Assembly (NCBI GenBank): GCA_010405405.1
Contig: MU004233.1
Span: 2,706,539 to 2,770,538, forward strand
Length of the DNA: 64,000 nucleotides
Origin: Microthyrium microscopicum
Taxonomy: Eukaryota
Direction of reading: 5' to 3'
The position numbers and the translations under genes are program-made. Positions 1 to 13,800 of the stretch are shown here, piece after piece (within the stretch, counting starts at the first letter, position 1; every line of letters starts with the position of its first letter). The notes under the pieces were generated by a model. The model had not been told where the DNA came from and did no database searches. It saw only the letters and a program-made list of their open reading frames with translations.

Positions 1-782
1 GGAGCGCAGTCTCATGTCCAGAGTGTATGGTAGCTGTATTCTGCGGCCAAGACTGTCTAGATCTTGCTACAGAGTCATACCATACAGCGCTATGTGGCAC
101 AGATGTCTCTTCTCTTCAGAGAAATATCCCCGCGACTGAAGCAGCAGATGCTTTATATTCTCAGCTACTACTTCGAGCTTTTGCCATGTCAGTGGCTCAA
201 GACTGTCATCCTCTTGAGCTACCTGAAGTAAAATATATTTGGGGAGATCATAAATTAGCTCAACATGATCCTACAACACATTCGGATGATCCTTTCCACC
301 ATCAGCCACGCACATTGCCATTTAGCTTTCAAAACAATGTGTTGTTACCAATTCACATTCTTGAAAAGATGGATGTCAACATATTCTCCACTCAAGCTCG
401 CTTCGATCCATGGGTAACGAATACCCTATATGCCAAATTCCGTGGCACTGCATCTGCAAAACTTGGTCCTACAGCCCTGCCAGAGATTGGTGCTGTTCAT
501 CCACTTTGGTGTCTTACAAATCATAGCTGCGATCCAAATGTTGCCTGGGAGTGGGAGGGAACAATGCGATTCTGGGTCCGTGAGAATAGAGCATTGTGGG
601 ATGGGAAGAAATCCGCCAAACCTCCAGGCATCAGAGCTGGCGACGAGATCCTTAGTCATTATTGTGATATTAGACTTCCAGTCAAAGAGCGCAGAGAGTG
701 GGCTTCTGGTGCATTAGGTGGAGACTGCGCATGCGAGCGCTGCCTATGGGAAGACAAACAAAGCGACAAGAGCGACGGATGA
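1..782 (+). CDS. SET/MYND-type lysine methyltransferase, 3' part (5' end outside window)
   Basis: SET motifs NHSCDPN and GDEILSHY, post-SET CACERC; MYND-like remnant CPEC...FC...C at the start. Confidence 0.8.
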   Translation, partial: SAVSCPECMVAVFCGQDCLDLATESYHTALCGTDVSSLQRNIPATEAADALYSQLLLRAFAMSVAQDCHPLELPEVKYIWGDHKLAQHDPTTHSDDPFHHQPRTLPFSFQNNVLLPIHILEKMDVNIFSTQARFDPWVTNTLYAKFRGTASAKLGPTALPEIGAVHPLWCLTNHSCDPNVAWEWEGTMRFWVRENRALWDGKKSAKPPGIRAGDEILSHYCDIRLPVKERREWASGALGGDCACERCLWEDKQSDKSDG

Positions 783-945
783 AAGAACATCTTGTATACT
801 TTTACATATTCACGCGACAGATGTATGCATAATACCGCAAACAATGCAATTACTCGCTCAACCTTACCGACCCAGCCCACGACAAGACCATTTCAGTGGA
901 GTCCTTGCAAACCGTGGTAATGATTCATACGCAATATCATGAATT

Positions 946-3450
946 TCATAGTAAATCATCATCCGGTTGCGGAACAGGTGCCGTAGAATCCCAATTCCAA
1001 TCCTGATCAATATCGAATGTACCAACATTTTGCCACCCATAACTTGGCGGTAAATGCGCCGAAGGGATATGTTGTGATAAACCAGCCTCTCCATTTTTGA
1101 CGTATGCTTCTGTATTATATGGTGATGGTTGCATATAGACACCATCATAAGCTATAGACGGTTCGAATGTTGCCGAAACACTTGCAGGGTGCATACTTGA
1201 CGGAACAGAACTTCTTGGTGGTGTCGACATGTCGTGCGAACCACTTGAGGTACCATATATAGCACGAGAGTTGTTGGAAGGATATGGAGAGCTTGGCGAG
1301 ACTGAAAGCATTCCTGGCATACTGGAGATCATAGGTTGACGAAGCGTTGAAGCAGAGCCCGCTGGACTTAGAGGAGAAGATAGTCCCATGTCTCCAGTTG
1401 CGCTATTGTTGGCCATGCTTACAGGTGTCTTGCCTGGGAAATTTGAGTCTTCCTGCTGGTCCTGAGACTTGAACTTCAGCGTGATTGTTCCGAAGAATGG
1501 GACGACGACTTTTACGCCAGACTCTTCACCTTCGACTGGTCCGTTTCGAAACTTGGTGAGTTGCTGAAGCGCCCGATAGCTCTGGCGGGCGACCTTTCCA
1601 AATGGTTGGTCCGAGATACGTTGATACACTTCAATACAAGTATCCACAGTGTCCCAATCTTCGGCTTGTCGTTTCTTGTCGGCCAGAGGGTTGTTAGCTG
1701 AAGTGGGAGAATTGGGAGTTTGGTTGGCGCTGACGAGGCCAATAATCAGTGTGACCAATGCCATGAAGTTTACAAAGTCGAGAAATTTTGCTTTGTAAAC
1801 ATGACGATTGCAAGGGTCTCGCATGACGAGATATACAGCTATCATGGACCTGGCAGATTCGAAACATGTGTCTCGACTGTACTCGAAGCCATTATTCGTC
1901 ACACTTTTGAGCATATAAGGGATGTGGAGAATCAGCCGAGTCTGGTGATAGAGGATTTGCCCAAGAATCTTTTGCAGCCAGGCCATATAATCTTCCGGCG
2001 CTTCTCTCTCCACGGTCCAGAATTCAGGGGGCATCTGATTTCCAAAACGGGTCAAGTCGTTGTCAATGGCGATGAGAGCTGAAAATGAAGATTCATGAAG
2101 TCCATGAGTTAAATCGATAACACGGCCGGCAAACATGGCAAGTCGAGTAAGGAATCCTTGATGCGACATGAGCAGTGGAATATCCTTTCCTTTGAAAGTA
2201 AGGTTGCAATGAATATCTGGTACTCCATAAGGAGTTCCTAACAGGAGAGAGCTGAATCTATCGTGTTGAAATAGGCCCCAGAAGACAAGATCCTGTCTGA
2301 GATTGACGCGAGTTCGATGAAGCCCCATAAGCTGGGCAAAGTTGAGAGCACGACGAGCTGTTAGCCAGGCTCTTCTAGCTTGTCCAATATCTGAATACAT
2401 TCGGCATTGGGACAATGCTGACTCAACTCCGGAAAGAGTTCCCATGTACTCATCGTCGTGCAAGACTACTCGATCAATCAGATGGAGGATCTTTTGAATC
2501 TCCCCATCATCTGATGATTCGCCTGCGACCATTTGAAGTATCTTGGCCATTTCCATTGGTGTGCCCAAAGGTCCCATGGCTTTGGCTGCAAATGAATGAA
2601 TCGAAGTCAATTCTTCTGGATTTCCAGTTCCCACCATCAGACTTGTCAGCCGCTTCCATCCTTTACTTCGATGATTTAGCACTTCCAGAACCTTTTCCTG
2701 AGGTGGTAGAGCGTTCTTCAGAATTTGACACACCCTCTCATTTTTCCTCCTCGCAGCTTCCGGTAGTCCCCCAGCTATAGTGCTATTTTCATAAGGATCT
2801 AGACTGGCGGCATTGTCTAGTTTTTTCAAATCTTCATCAATGGGCATGTCATCTGTAGATGACCAAAGTCCATTGTCAAGGAGCGATAGCAACGGTGCTC
2901 CTGGGTGATGACGTGGTAACTGAGATTTGTCGTCATTTTGCTCCACAACTGGGATTTGTGTATCATGTCCTAGGTCCCCAATGGAGTGAGAAGACTTTCT
3001 GTCGTTCAATTCATCCAGTAGAGTTTCAACCAATCCTTCTAATCGCGCGACACGTTCTCGAAGATTCTTTCTTTGATCAACAATGATGTTAGGATCCGCA
3101 TGTTCTTGATCGATACATCTGGATCCTCGTGAGAAGCATTCTGAGCATACTGAAGGATTGTTGGGCGAAAATATGCATCTTATCTTTCTTCGTCGACCTT
3201 GGAAAGTTAGCAAACACCAGCAAGGGATAGCAAAAGCTGGTTATCAAGTAGATCATTGATTATGACTCGAACTCATGTCAAGTCCATAGTAGGTACTTGG
3301 ACAGCGCAAATAGAATAAAATCAATGGAAAGAGTCAAGAGTAAGCTGGGAATACCTTACACTCGAAGCAACTATGAGTTCCCTTCCGCATCTTCTTCCGA
3401 ATTCCGCCGCTTCGGTTTGGGGACAGAGCATCCGAAAGTGGAGAATCCAT
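946..3450 (-). CDS. Zn(II)2Cys6 fungal transcription factor
   Basis: Exon 1 3450-3360 (MDSPLSD...RKKMRKGTHSCFE), GTAAGG...AAG intron 3359-3198, exon 2 completes CFECRRRKIRC...CSECFSRGSRC; fungal TF middle region (FWGLFQHDRFSSLLLGTP). Confidence 0.9.
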
Positions 3451-4862
3451 GATTGGGTAATGAGTTCGACCGAGTGGAAGAGTCCGTTTTCGTGGAGATC
3501 GCACAAGTTTTATGTTCGTCCGTCCAGTATCAGTAAGCCTTCTTATCCCTTTTGACTTCTCAAATAGTACTCAGAGATTTCCTTTTAAGTCAAAGCAACC
3601 TTTACAGAATTCGATTTGACAATTTAGAAGAGAGTCAATGTTCTCGATGTTAGTGAGGAATCGGAGTCCAGTCTTCAGGGCTTCATTTCCCGAAAAGCCA
3701 CAGATTCTTTTTCTTCCTGATCTATTTTGTGGCCAATTTCTCGCCAGCCCAATTTGTGCTCTTCCCAAGAAAAATAGAAGTAAGTATCCTCGGACCTGAT
3801 TTCACCTTTCTGGGTAGATATTGTGAAGCTTCGGAAGGTGACGAGAAGCCAAATGGGAATAGAAGCAGGACGAACAGGTACGGATGATTCGAAATAATTT
3901 CGTCCGCTCAGAGGCTAGGGACACGCTGTGTATTTTGTATGCCTTCCAGGCACATGGAAATCACTATCTAGTATCAGGGTATAATAGTTTAGTCATTGAA
4001 GTTTATGAATTTATATTATAACCTTTCCAAGAGTCAATTTCTGGGTTATATAAATGGTTCGAGCAAAGGGTATTTGGCTCAAAATAGACCACATTTCACC
4101 AGCTACAACCAACAGGAAGGGCCACTGGAAGTCTTGCCTACAAAGTTACAATATGGTTCGATCCAAGTGAATGGAATATAGCTGGGGAAGACCAATGAAT
4201 GGCGAGGAAAAATGTCTATGGGAGGGCTTGGTAATGGCTTCCCAGGTGAGTAGAAATAATCTTACTTTATATCCTTTATTCGAAACAGCCCCAGACTGTG
4301 TTGAAGTTCGGTGGGCTTTCAGGGTCGTTCAACCCTTCAGGCTTTTGAGATCATGGAAAGAAATCTCCCGTAGAGTACCATAAAGCACTGGACAACGATA
4401 GTGAGATATGTCTGTTTTAAGTATGTTGTAACTAAGTCGAAAATATTCGATTCTTCTGGAAGTAGTCATGTTATAAACCACAACTTCCAGAATACCGTTC
4501 TTATGCTATCCAAACCCTTTCATTTCAAAAGAATCAATCACAAATACCTCCTATCCGGGGTTTCGGGACTAACAAGTGAGTCACGGCTTGATTTACTCTG
4601 GAATCTTCAATATCTCTTTTGGAGGTATTCGCGATTATCAATTATTTTAACTTGGGCGGAAAAGGTGAATTTATCATACAGGCGAAGAGAAGATTTGAGA
4701 ACAAAATGAAATGATATTCGAAATGACTACAAAAACATTAGAAAAATTATGATCCTTTCATACACCACATACCGGGTATCTTCTTGCCCCTTGCCTTTTC
4801 CAACAAATACCCCCCCCATTTTCTTTTATTATCTAGACATATTCACATCTATACAACTTTAT

Positions 4863-7470
4863 CTACACCGGAACACAAACAACATCATCAAATGCCACTG
4901 ACGCTGTTCCGCCCGAGATATCTGTATATGTTGCTGACAACACTAGGTTGGTGTTTGGACTTCCTGTCGTCAAAGTGCCATTGTAGAACGACCATCCGTT
5001 CGCATCCGTGCTCACGAGACTTGGACTATAGCCACTGACCATTAGGCTCGTGGTGATGGAACCAGTGGCCAATCCCATGGTGACTTTGGAGTAGTAGCTG
5101 CAGGCGAGCACGGTTCCCATTGGCACGTTGGCCAACAGTTGCTGAGATTGGGAGGATGCTTGGCCGCTGATGGTGGTCACGTTCCATGTCAGGCATGCAG
5201 ATCCACAGTGGCAGCTGGAGGCGGAGCCAAGTCCTTCGCAGCGAGGGGCGGATCCATCGTTGGTCCAGGGGAGTTGGCCGAGTTCGAAGCCGGGATTAGT
5301 GATTATGTTGCCGGAAGTCGAGTTACCGGCAAGGCAGGTTGGTGTAGCGGAGGCGGAGGATGATGAGGCTGATGAGCTGGACGAGATGGTAGAGGTGGCG
5401 TTGAGGGATGCGCTTGAGGAGATGGTGCTGGAGAAGCTAGAGATGGTGGAGTTGGCGATGACAGTGCTAGAGGAGAGGGATGAGGAGCTGGTGATGGTGG
5501 CATTCGCGGAGAAAGAGGACGATGGGAAGCTCGAAGTTGCTGTGCTTGAGACGGAAGAGCTCTCGGACGAGGAAACAGTGCTGGCGACGGTAGAGCTATC
5601 AGATGAGGAAGAGCTAGCGGTTGAGGAAACAGTGCTTGATACTGAAGAGCTCTCGGAAGATGAGGCAGTGCTTGATGCTGAAGAACTCTCGGAGGATGAT
5701 GCCGAAGAGGAGGCTGTAGACGACGATGCTGAGGATGAGATGTCTGAAGACGAGAGGGAGGAGGAGCTGGAAGCAACACTGGAAGAGTCCGATGAAGAGA
5801 CTGTGCTGGATACTGAGCTAGACGAATCCGTTGAACTACTCAAAGAAGCCGAGCTAGTGACTGAACTAGAAACATCGGAGCTGCTGCTAGAGGACGCTGT
5901 GCTGGTCACTGAGCTAGAGCTGTCGGTGGACGATGCAGTGGAAGAAACCTCAGATGATGAAGCGGTGCTTGTGGCCGAAGACGTCTCAGAGGATGACACT
6001 GTGGATGATACATCGGAGGAGCTCGAGGTCACAGTGCTGCTGACTGAGCTGGAAACATCAGAGCTGCTAGAAGTCGCGGTGCTGCTGGCTGAGCTGGATA
6101 CGTCGGAGGAAGATGCTGAGCTGGAAACCGTTGACGAAACCTCGGATGACGAAGCTGAGCTGGAAGCAGTGGACGACACTTCTGAGGACGAAGAAACAGT
6201 GGATGAGACCTCTGAGGACGAAGAAACAGTGGATGAGACGACTGAAGAAGAAGCAGTGGAAGAGACCTCCGAGGATGAAGCAGTGGATGAAGCAGTGGAA
6301 GAGACCTCCGATGATGAGACCTCGCTGGATGAAACACTTGACGACAAAGCGCTAGAAGATACCGCGCTGGAAGAGACTGCACTTGAAGACACAGCAGATG
6401 AAGTCGCACTTGAGGAGACCACTGCGCTTGAGCTAGCACTAGAAGATGCCGTAGATGTAGCCGAAGAGCTCGCTACCGAGCTTGTAGCCGGGAAACATGC
6501 GATATCGTAGAAAGCATATGGGCTCGCGGTGTTGGAATTGAAGTTTCCAGCAACAGCGCTCGTGTAGAGAAGACAATCAGTGGAACCAAAAGCGAAAGAG
6601 ACACAGCTGGATTGTCCGTGGCAAAGAACAGCACAGGCAGCAGCATCAGCGATACCTCCGAGAAAGTCAAAGGCAGCTGGGTTTTGCATGTCATAACCGG
6701 CAGAGCCGCACTGTGCCGTTACGGATGGCACCGCGCTGGATGAAGCGATAACACTGGAGGACTTTGCGACGCTGGAGATTATGCTGGAAGTTGGCTTAAC
6801 AGAGCTTGACTTCGCAGAGCTTGAAGCCGGGACGGAACTGGTCTTGACGGAGCTGGAAGCCTTGACGGAGCTGGAAGTGTTGACGGAGCTGGAAGCCTTG
6901 ATAGAGCTGGAAGTCTTCACCGAGCTTGAAGCCTTGATAGAGCTGGAAGTCTTCACCGAGCTTGAAGCCTTTACTGAAGAAGAAGCCTTGGCCGATGACG
7001 AGGGTTTGATGGAACTGGATGCGGAGCCTTTGCATGTATCTCCAGTGCCTCCGAAGCCGACTTGACAACCAGTACCGCAATATGAGGACGAAGTGCCACA
7101 GAATCCGAAGGAACTACAGCATCCAGTCATACATCTTTTTGTTCCACCGCATGTTCCATCAGTCGAAACCTTGAGGGTACTGCTAGATCCGGCAGCTGTT
7201 GTTGTTCCAGTGCTTGAACATGTGCCGAATGTTGAATCGCAACCGGAGCCACAGTAATCTGAAGATGTACCACTATGAAAAAGGTCAGTCATTTATCAGT
7301 CGCATACCATACCATGATACGCACCAATATCCGTAAGCCGAACAGCACTGTCCAGTTGGACATGTAAGTTTTTTACTTCCACCACATTGACCATTAGTAG
7401 AGACAGCACCAAAAACCGAATTAAAGCAAAGAGCAAGCGCCAAAAGCGAAACCGAACTAAAAGACTTCAT
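4863..7470 (-). CDS. Secreted chitin-binding protein: signal peptide, 2x CBM18/hevein, PAN/apple-like domain, very Ser/Thr-rich stalk, C-terminal CBM4/9-like domain
   Basis: MKSFSSVSLLALALCF signal; CG...C...CCSxYGYCG...YCGxGC twice (first split by a short intron ~7273-7325); CAVLC...CVSFAF...CLLY; NIITNPGFE. Confidence 0.85.
6181..6985. repeat. Coding tandem repeats in the Ser-rich stalk (18-bp SSSVK[AT] units ~6840-6985; 30-bp unit duplicated at 6181-6239)
   Basis: gccttgatagagctggaagtcttcaccgagcttgaa twice; tctgaggacgaagaaacagtggatgagac twice. Confidence 0.85.
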
Positions 7471-9453
7471 GATAGCGAGTGTGAGTTGTAAAAGGGCCCC
7501 AAAGTTGGGGAAAAAAAGAATTAATTTAACGACTGTGGTGAGTGAACGAGTGACTGAAAGGAAGAGCCACCGTCCATGATGAGAGATTACTGGTGTTTAT
7601 GACATCCACGCAAAATCCCCTTTTGAGGCGCTGTTCTTCGAACGCGCTAGACATAAAAGTTCAAATACGGGATCAACAAGGATGAACGAGCACTTGTCGT
7701 CCACTTAGCGTGATGTGGCGTCTTTTTAAAGCCATGGCGTAAGGCTCTGCGAGAATCATCGTTGCCAAGTGGTTGGTTTGCCCACTGATGCAGGTACGCG
7801 AGGTCCTGATTTAGGAAATGTACTGTGGAGAATTGGGGTAGGAAATTCAGGTGGCTCATGGTAAAACGTAATCCAATGTCCCCAATTCTCGATCATCGTT
7901 CAAGATTTTGAAGTATTAAAGCAGAGTTGGATATGAAACCTTAATTCAAGGTAAATTACTTCAAAATTATGGTTTACCAGAATGTCAACCATTATTCGAA
8001 AGTATTATCGATGTTCTTTTCGCTCCGTGTTGTGTTTCTCGCTTGGCGGTGGTTATGCATGTAAGGAGTCCCTTCTGATACTATTTCAATGGTGCTGCAT
8101 CTCCATCATGTCGGGTCCACTGAACTTCGTATCTAATTCCAATAAAAGATGTGCGCATGTGTTGGAAGAAGAAAATCCACACGTGGATTTGCAGTGACCT
8201 TTACCGTCGCCGTGTCGCCGCTGGAGATAATTCCGAGTAGACAGACAAGCAGATCAGTGGTACAGTACATACAGCGGTAAACTAAGTTCGTCATCTTGAA
8301 GTCGAAGGGTTGAACAAAAACGTGCCGTCCCGAGTACCAGGTAAACATACTTCCTTCCTAACCTCGAAATGTTTAGAACTCGCCGACTCGGTCACATCTC
8401 TGGTTGGACTCGGGGAGACGAGCCTCAGCAAGAGTCTACAGGTTTCAATCTTCTTCTCACCAGCAATGAGCATTTTGTCTCAACCACAAAGCCAGCTGAA
8501 GCGTGTGTCGCGTGTCTCGCTGAGTGAAGTTGGAGTGAACCATACATGATTCGATATTGAGAGTTGTAAAAATGTCAAGTTGTCAACAGGATTCACAACC
8601 AAGAAAAAAAAGGAGGCGTGCAGTAGCAGCCCAACAGAGTAAGGATGCCCCTGAGTTTATTCACTAGCGTTCTTTTTCCAGCAGCACCTTAATTTCTTAA
8701 AACCATAGCTATCACTTTCATTGGCTATTATCTAGACCTTATGCATTTACCCCTGTCTAGCCCCGAGTTTGTTTTCCCAGTGGCTTTGAGATGGGCAGGC
8801 ACAGCTCGTGTTGTGGCATCCGTCAGAGCCGTTCAACTCCACACCTTTAAATATTGCTATTTCTGTCTTGACTCTTCGCTAACAAACGTTCCACATGGAT
8901 ACATCTTGGCTTGTCGTCCAGGAACGCGCCGCGCTTGCGGTTTTTCAATGCCGACTGCCGGGCAAGCCGATTTTGAGCTACCGTTCGTACCAGTTGGCAG
9001 TACGTCACCTTCAATTCAAGGCTTAAAACCGTACTTGGAACAAAAGGAGTACCTCGCGCGTCTATGGAAACCTCATGATAACTAGGTAAGGTGTTGTATG
9101 TAACCGCAACATGTAACTTTACTACCATCCTCCATATTTCCAGACCTTTAAAACTTTCAGAGATCAAGACTTGCAATTCACGGACTTCACAAACTAGAAC
9201 TTTACAATCAAGCCAACAAATATTCTGGAGGTACCTTCTGTCAAAACGAAGCAGACATGCTACGCGATACCAAGAGACAAAGCAATCTCAAAATCCTTTG
9301 TTCATCAGGAATGCGCATACAAGCGCTTTCATCAACGGCATCTTTGTTATGTTTGCAGTGACCCCCATGAGGTAGACTAAGTGCAACATATTAGAATCAT
9401 TTGTAAAAGTAATCTTGCCATTCAGTTGTATATTGAAAATTAAGTCATCAAAA

Positions 9454-10146
9454 ATGACTGCCATTGACTTATCAAACTCTGATCCCATTCAATTCCGAAG
9501 ACCCTCTCAAGTCCCAGATTCTCCCTCTCCAGATCTAGAAGTCCACATCCCCACCAAAGAATTCCAATGTCTAGCCTGTCAAGAATATGGCCACATTGAC
9601 GACTGGGAAGAACATACCTGGACATACCACGGTAATTCATACACGCATTAAAACATCTTTCGCCCTACTAACTCAGTTCCAGAAAAGGCCAAGCCAACAC
9701 GCTATACACCAGCCCGCTCTCTCAGAGAACTCACCAATGACCATAAACCTGGTCTACCAGCTATAGACTACTACACCCCCTGGTCCTTCACCACAGCCAA
9801 AGAATTCCTAGTATCTAATCCACACATGAAGCCAAACCAGACCCTCTTCCTTATCTACGAAAGTTGGAGTTCGCGGCCCGTCGTTGGATTATATTGGAAT
9901 CGACTACGGGATAACTTTGTGCATACTCTCAGTCCACAGTACCATGGGGAAGCAAAAAAGCATGCGGAAGATACGAAGTATGTGGCTTGTATGCTGAGGA
10001 AGGGGAATTATAGTCGTCCGCCTAGGGATACTGAAGAAGACTGCAATGAGGTGCTTAGGGATTTGCTGCTGGAATGCGATCGGATGGAGTATGGTGGGAT
10101 AGGGCGCGGCCGTCAGGGGTCGATACCTCCGTTGGATAGTCTTTGA
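9454..10146 (+). CDS. Hypothetical protein (2 exons)
   Basis: MTAIDLS... exon joined through a GTAATT...CTAAC...CAG intron (~9632-9682), in frame with the 9826-10146 ORF. Confidence 0.55.
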
Positions 10147-10722
10147 GGGAGTGAGAAGCATAGTTGGGAATTGTTGAGGTCTGTCGACTGGTCTACGAAA
10201 AGATTTTCAACGTACTCAGGCTAGCTTTCGCTGGTACGATGACTTCAAGTCCCGTTGGGCGTACAATGTAGTGCTGGAGGAGGTAGGCTTCATGAGAATA
10301 TAGTTTTTCACCACTATCGTAGTGCGATGATTGCCCATACAGGCACCAATATAAAGGACAGTACGAACTAGAAGTAAGCTCAAATCAAACTCGGTCCAGC
10401 AGCCTGGGTTAATTCTCAATCTTAAGCAAGCAAGGAACATGGGTCCCAGCCAGGCAAGCCAGCGCGACGATTGAAACGAAACAAAGCGTAGATCAAGTTC
10501 TGCAAGTTCATTCAAACATATCCAATTCATTTTACATATCCTACAAAGCGCCTGCCTCTCATGCACCCACTGAACACCACCCAAGCAAGCGCCTAAAAGA
10601 ACTACTATGTAAACGTTCTGAAAATCTAGTTCTACAAGTATGCATCTAAAGGTGTATTGTGTATTCCCATAAAAGTCTTTTTTTGATGCCGCCCATAGAT
10701 ACTCGGAACAGGTAAAATCAAT

Positions 10723-13700
10723 CTATTCGCCTTTGATAGACTTTGCCTTGACATAGTCCGCCTTGGTTGCAGGCATAACGATATTACGCTCAGCCCACTT
10801 TAGGACCTCATCGATCGCACTGTGAAATTGTTAGCCTGTGATAAGTGGAGAATTGTGGTGGGAAGGAGAGGGGAGTACGTACATAATTGGTGCGCTGATG
10901 TACAGGACTGCCTGCCATTCATTCCAGTCGAGCGGGATGATGGAGAACAGACCCTGAAGGAACGGCACGTAGAGAATGGCAAAGTGAAGCGCCATCGACA
11001 AGGTAATGGCATAGACGAGCATCATATTCGACCATAGAGGTAGCGTGAGCAGTGACTCGCTAGAGGATAACGCGTTCATGGCGTTGAGCATCTCAATGAC
11101 GACGAGGATGGAGAGGGAGACGGTAGACGCTGATTTAGACATGTCGTTGCTGAACATTTGACAGCCAATCTCAGGGAAGTCTGTTGAGCAGCGGTGGAAT
11201 TTGGCGAGCTGGGAGAAGCTGATTTGTGGACCGGCCTCATTGTACATGAACCACCAAGCGTAGCCACCAACGGTTGCAATACCAACGTAGATGCCAATGA
11301 CCATGTAGCGGAAGAAAAGCCAGCCGCCGACGAGTGGTTCGTCACGTTTACGAGGTTGGCGTTTCATGATGTCGTGGTCCGGTGGGTTGAAGCTTAGAGC
11401 TGTGGCTGGGAGACCATCAGTGACCAAGTTGACCCAGAGAAGTTGGACGGGGATGAGAGCTTCTGGCATGCCAAGAGCGGCAGTGAGGAAGATGGAGACG
11501 ACTTCACCGATATTTGACGAGATGAGATAACGGATAAACTGCTGGGTGTTGTTGTAGATTGATCGACCTTCTTCGATAGCGCTTTCGATTGTGGCGAAGT
11601 TGTCATCTACAAGAACCATATCTGCTGCTAGACGGGCAACATCGGTACCTGAGCCCATGGCAACACCAATATCGGCCTTCTTGAGAGCTGGAGCATCGTT
11701 GACACCGTCACCAGTCATGGCAACGACTTCCCCAGCCTTTTGAAGAAGATCCACAAGCTTTGACTTGTGCGATGGCTCGGTTCGCGAAAAGAGTGATGCA
11801 CGTTGGGCAGCCTTGAATTGTTCTTCTTCTGAAAGAGCATCAAACTCACGTCCAGTATAACTCTTTCCAGTAAGATCTTCATGCTCTCCGAAAACACCAA
11901 TTTGTCTGGAAATAGACTCGGCGGTGTTCTTGTTGTCTCCAGTGATGACAATGACTCGAATGCCAGCGTCGCGACATTGTTGAATGGCTTGGGCAACTTC
12001 TGGCCGTGGAGGATCCAACATGCCAACAAGACCTATGAGAGTCATGTTTTGTTCCAGACTGGCATATTCTGCAGTGGTCTTGGCGTTCTTGTGGAGAGGA
12101 TTGTGGGAAACGTCGTCAATGGAAGCCAGAGCAATTACACGAAGACCGCGATTGCCGTATTCGGTAACCTCTTTGGCGATAAGTTGAGACAGTTTGCTGC
12201 TAAGTGGTTGGGCTTTGCCACCAGCTCCAACAACAACCTTGGTGCATCGTTCCAGAATAGACTCGGGTGCGCCCTTGACAAGCAGACGAGCGTTTTTTCC
12301 AGATCCACTAACAAGTACTGACATGCTCTTTCGGTCTCTAGAGAACTCGAAGGTGGAAATCTTCTTCACACGGCTCTCGTAATAACTGCTTTGGTGATGG
12401 AGTTGTTCATCAGCCGATGCGGCTGAGCGCTTTTCGTTGTGAGCAGTGTCTGGTGAGCCAATCTTTTCAACCAAAACACGCAATGCGCCTTCGGTTGGTT
12501 CTCCAACAATGCTATGGGCTCCAGTGGTTTGGTCGAAAGAAAGGACGGCTTCGTTACAGATAGCGGCAACTTCGGCGATTTGAGCAATGGTTGGAATGTC
12601 AACAGTTGGTTGTTGGATAACTTTGCCGTTGTATGTAACTTTTCCTTCTGGCGCAAAGCTTGTACCTTGTACATCAAGCTCAACCAAGTTGGAGCCAGTC
12701 TCGCCAATGTATACAATCTTTGCGACACTCATTTGGTTAGTCGTCAATGTTCCGGTTTTGTCTGAGCAGATGACACTGCAGCTTCCGAGGGTTTCAACGG
12801 ATGGCAAGCTACGAACAACAGCGTTCTTTGCCGCCATCTTTCGAGTACCGAGAGCCAGACAAGTGGTGATAACAACTGCCAACCCTTCTGGAATAGCGGC
12901 TACACCAAGGGAGACAGCGATTTTCAGATAGTAGATTGCGCCCTTGGCCCAGCTTCCGTGAGATGGATCGCTGAAATGCTGGTAGTTGATGACCCAAACG
13001 AGTACGCAAATGACAGTGATAACCTTGGCCAATGTGTCTCCGAATTCGTTCAACTTTTCCTTGAGAGGAGTTGGGGCCGAGATTTGAGCCGCAATGTCTT
13101 CATGAATGTCGCCAATAGCAGTTTTTGTGCCAGTAAGAACAACAATCGCGTCAGCATTTCCGGTAGTAACGGTAGTTCCAGAGAATAACATGTTGATCTG
13201 ATCTTGCTTAACAGCATCATCATCGGAGATGGCATCGATTGTCTTTCCAACACTCTCGCTCTCTCCGGTCAAAATTGACTGATCGACACTGAAAGAGTTG
13301 CTGTGAATATCGAGTACGCGGCAATCGGCGGGAATACGGTCTCCGACGGCGACAGTGACAATGTCACCAGGTACGAGTTCATCGGCCTTGACTTTGCGGG
13401 TGACTCCACTGCGAATAACCTTGGCTTCGTTGGCGGAATATTCTTGTAGAGCAGCAATAGCCTTTTCAGCACTGCTTTCCTGTGAAACACCAACGACGGC
13501 ATTGAGAATTAAAATGGTGAGAATGACAGCAGGGTCGACGAAAGCAGTCCAGCCATCACCACCCTCAAAGAGTGCCAATACGAAGGAGAGAGCGGCTGAA
13601 CCGAGTAGTATTATAACGAGTTGATCCTTGAATTGTTCGAGTATAAGCTCCCAGAGGGGAGTAGGAGGGTCTTCGGGAATCGCATTGAGGCCGTGCTTGG

Positions 13701-13800
13701 AACGTTGAGCGAGGTATTGCTGCTCGCTCAAACCTTGGGAGATCGAAACGTTGAAGCTCTTGAGGACAGCATCTTTTGACTTGACGTAGGCGTCTTCCAT
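10723..13800 (-). CDS. SERCA-type (P2A) ER Ca2+-ATPase
   Basis: TGES, AIPEGL, DKTGT phosphorylation motif, [26 protein letters not shown]; short last exon after an intron near 10822-10880, ending at TAG 10723. Confidence 0.97.

Noticed and set aside
5170..6510. 446-aa acidic (E/D/L/V) ORF on the plus strand
   Set aside because: Antisense mirror of the Ser-rich codons of the CBM18 gene; no independent domain evidence.
7647..9400. Several short ORFs between the CBM18 gene and the 9454 gene
   Set aside because: No recognisable motifs or coherent splice model.
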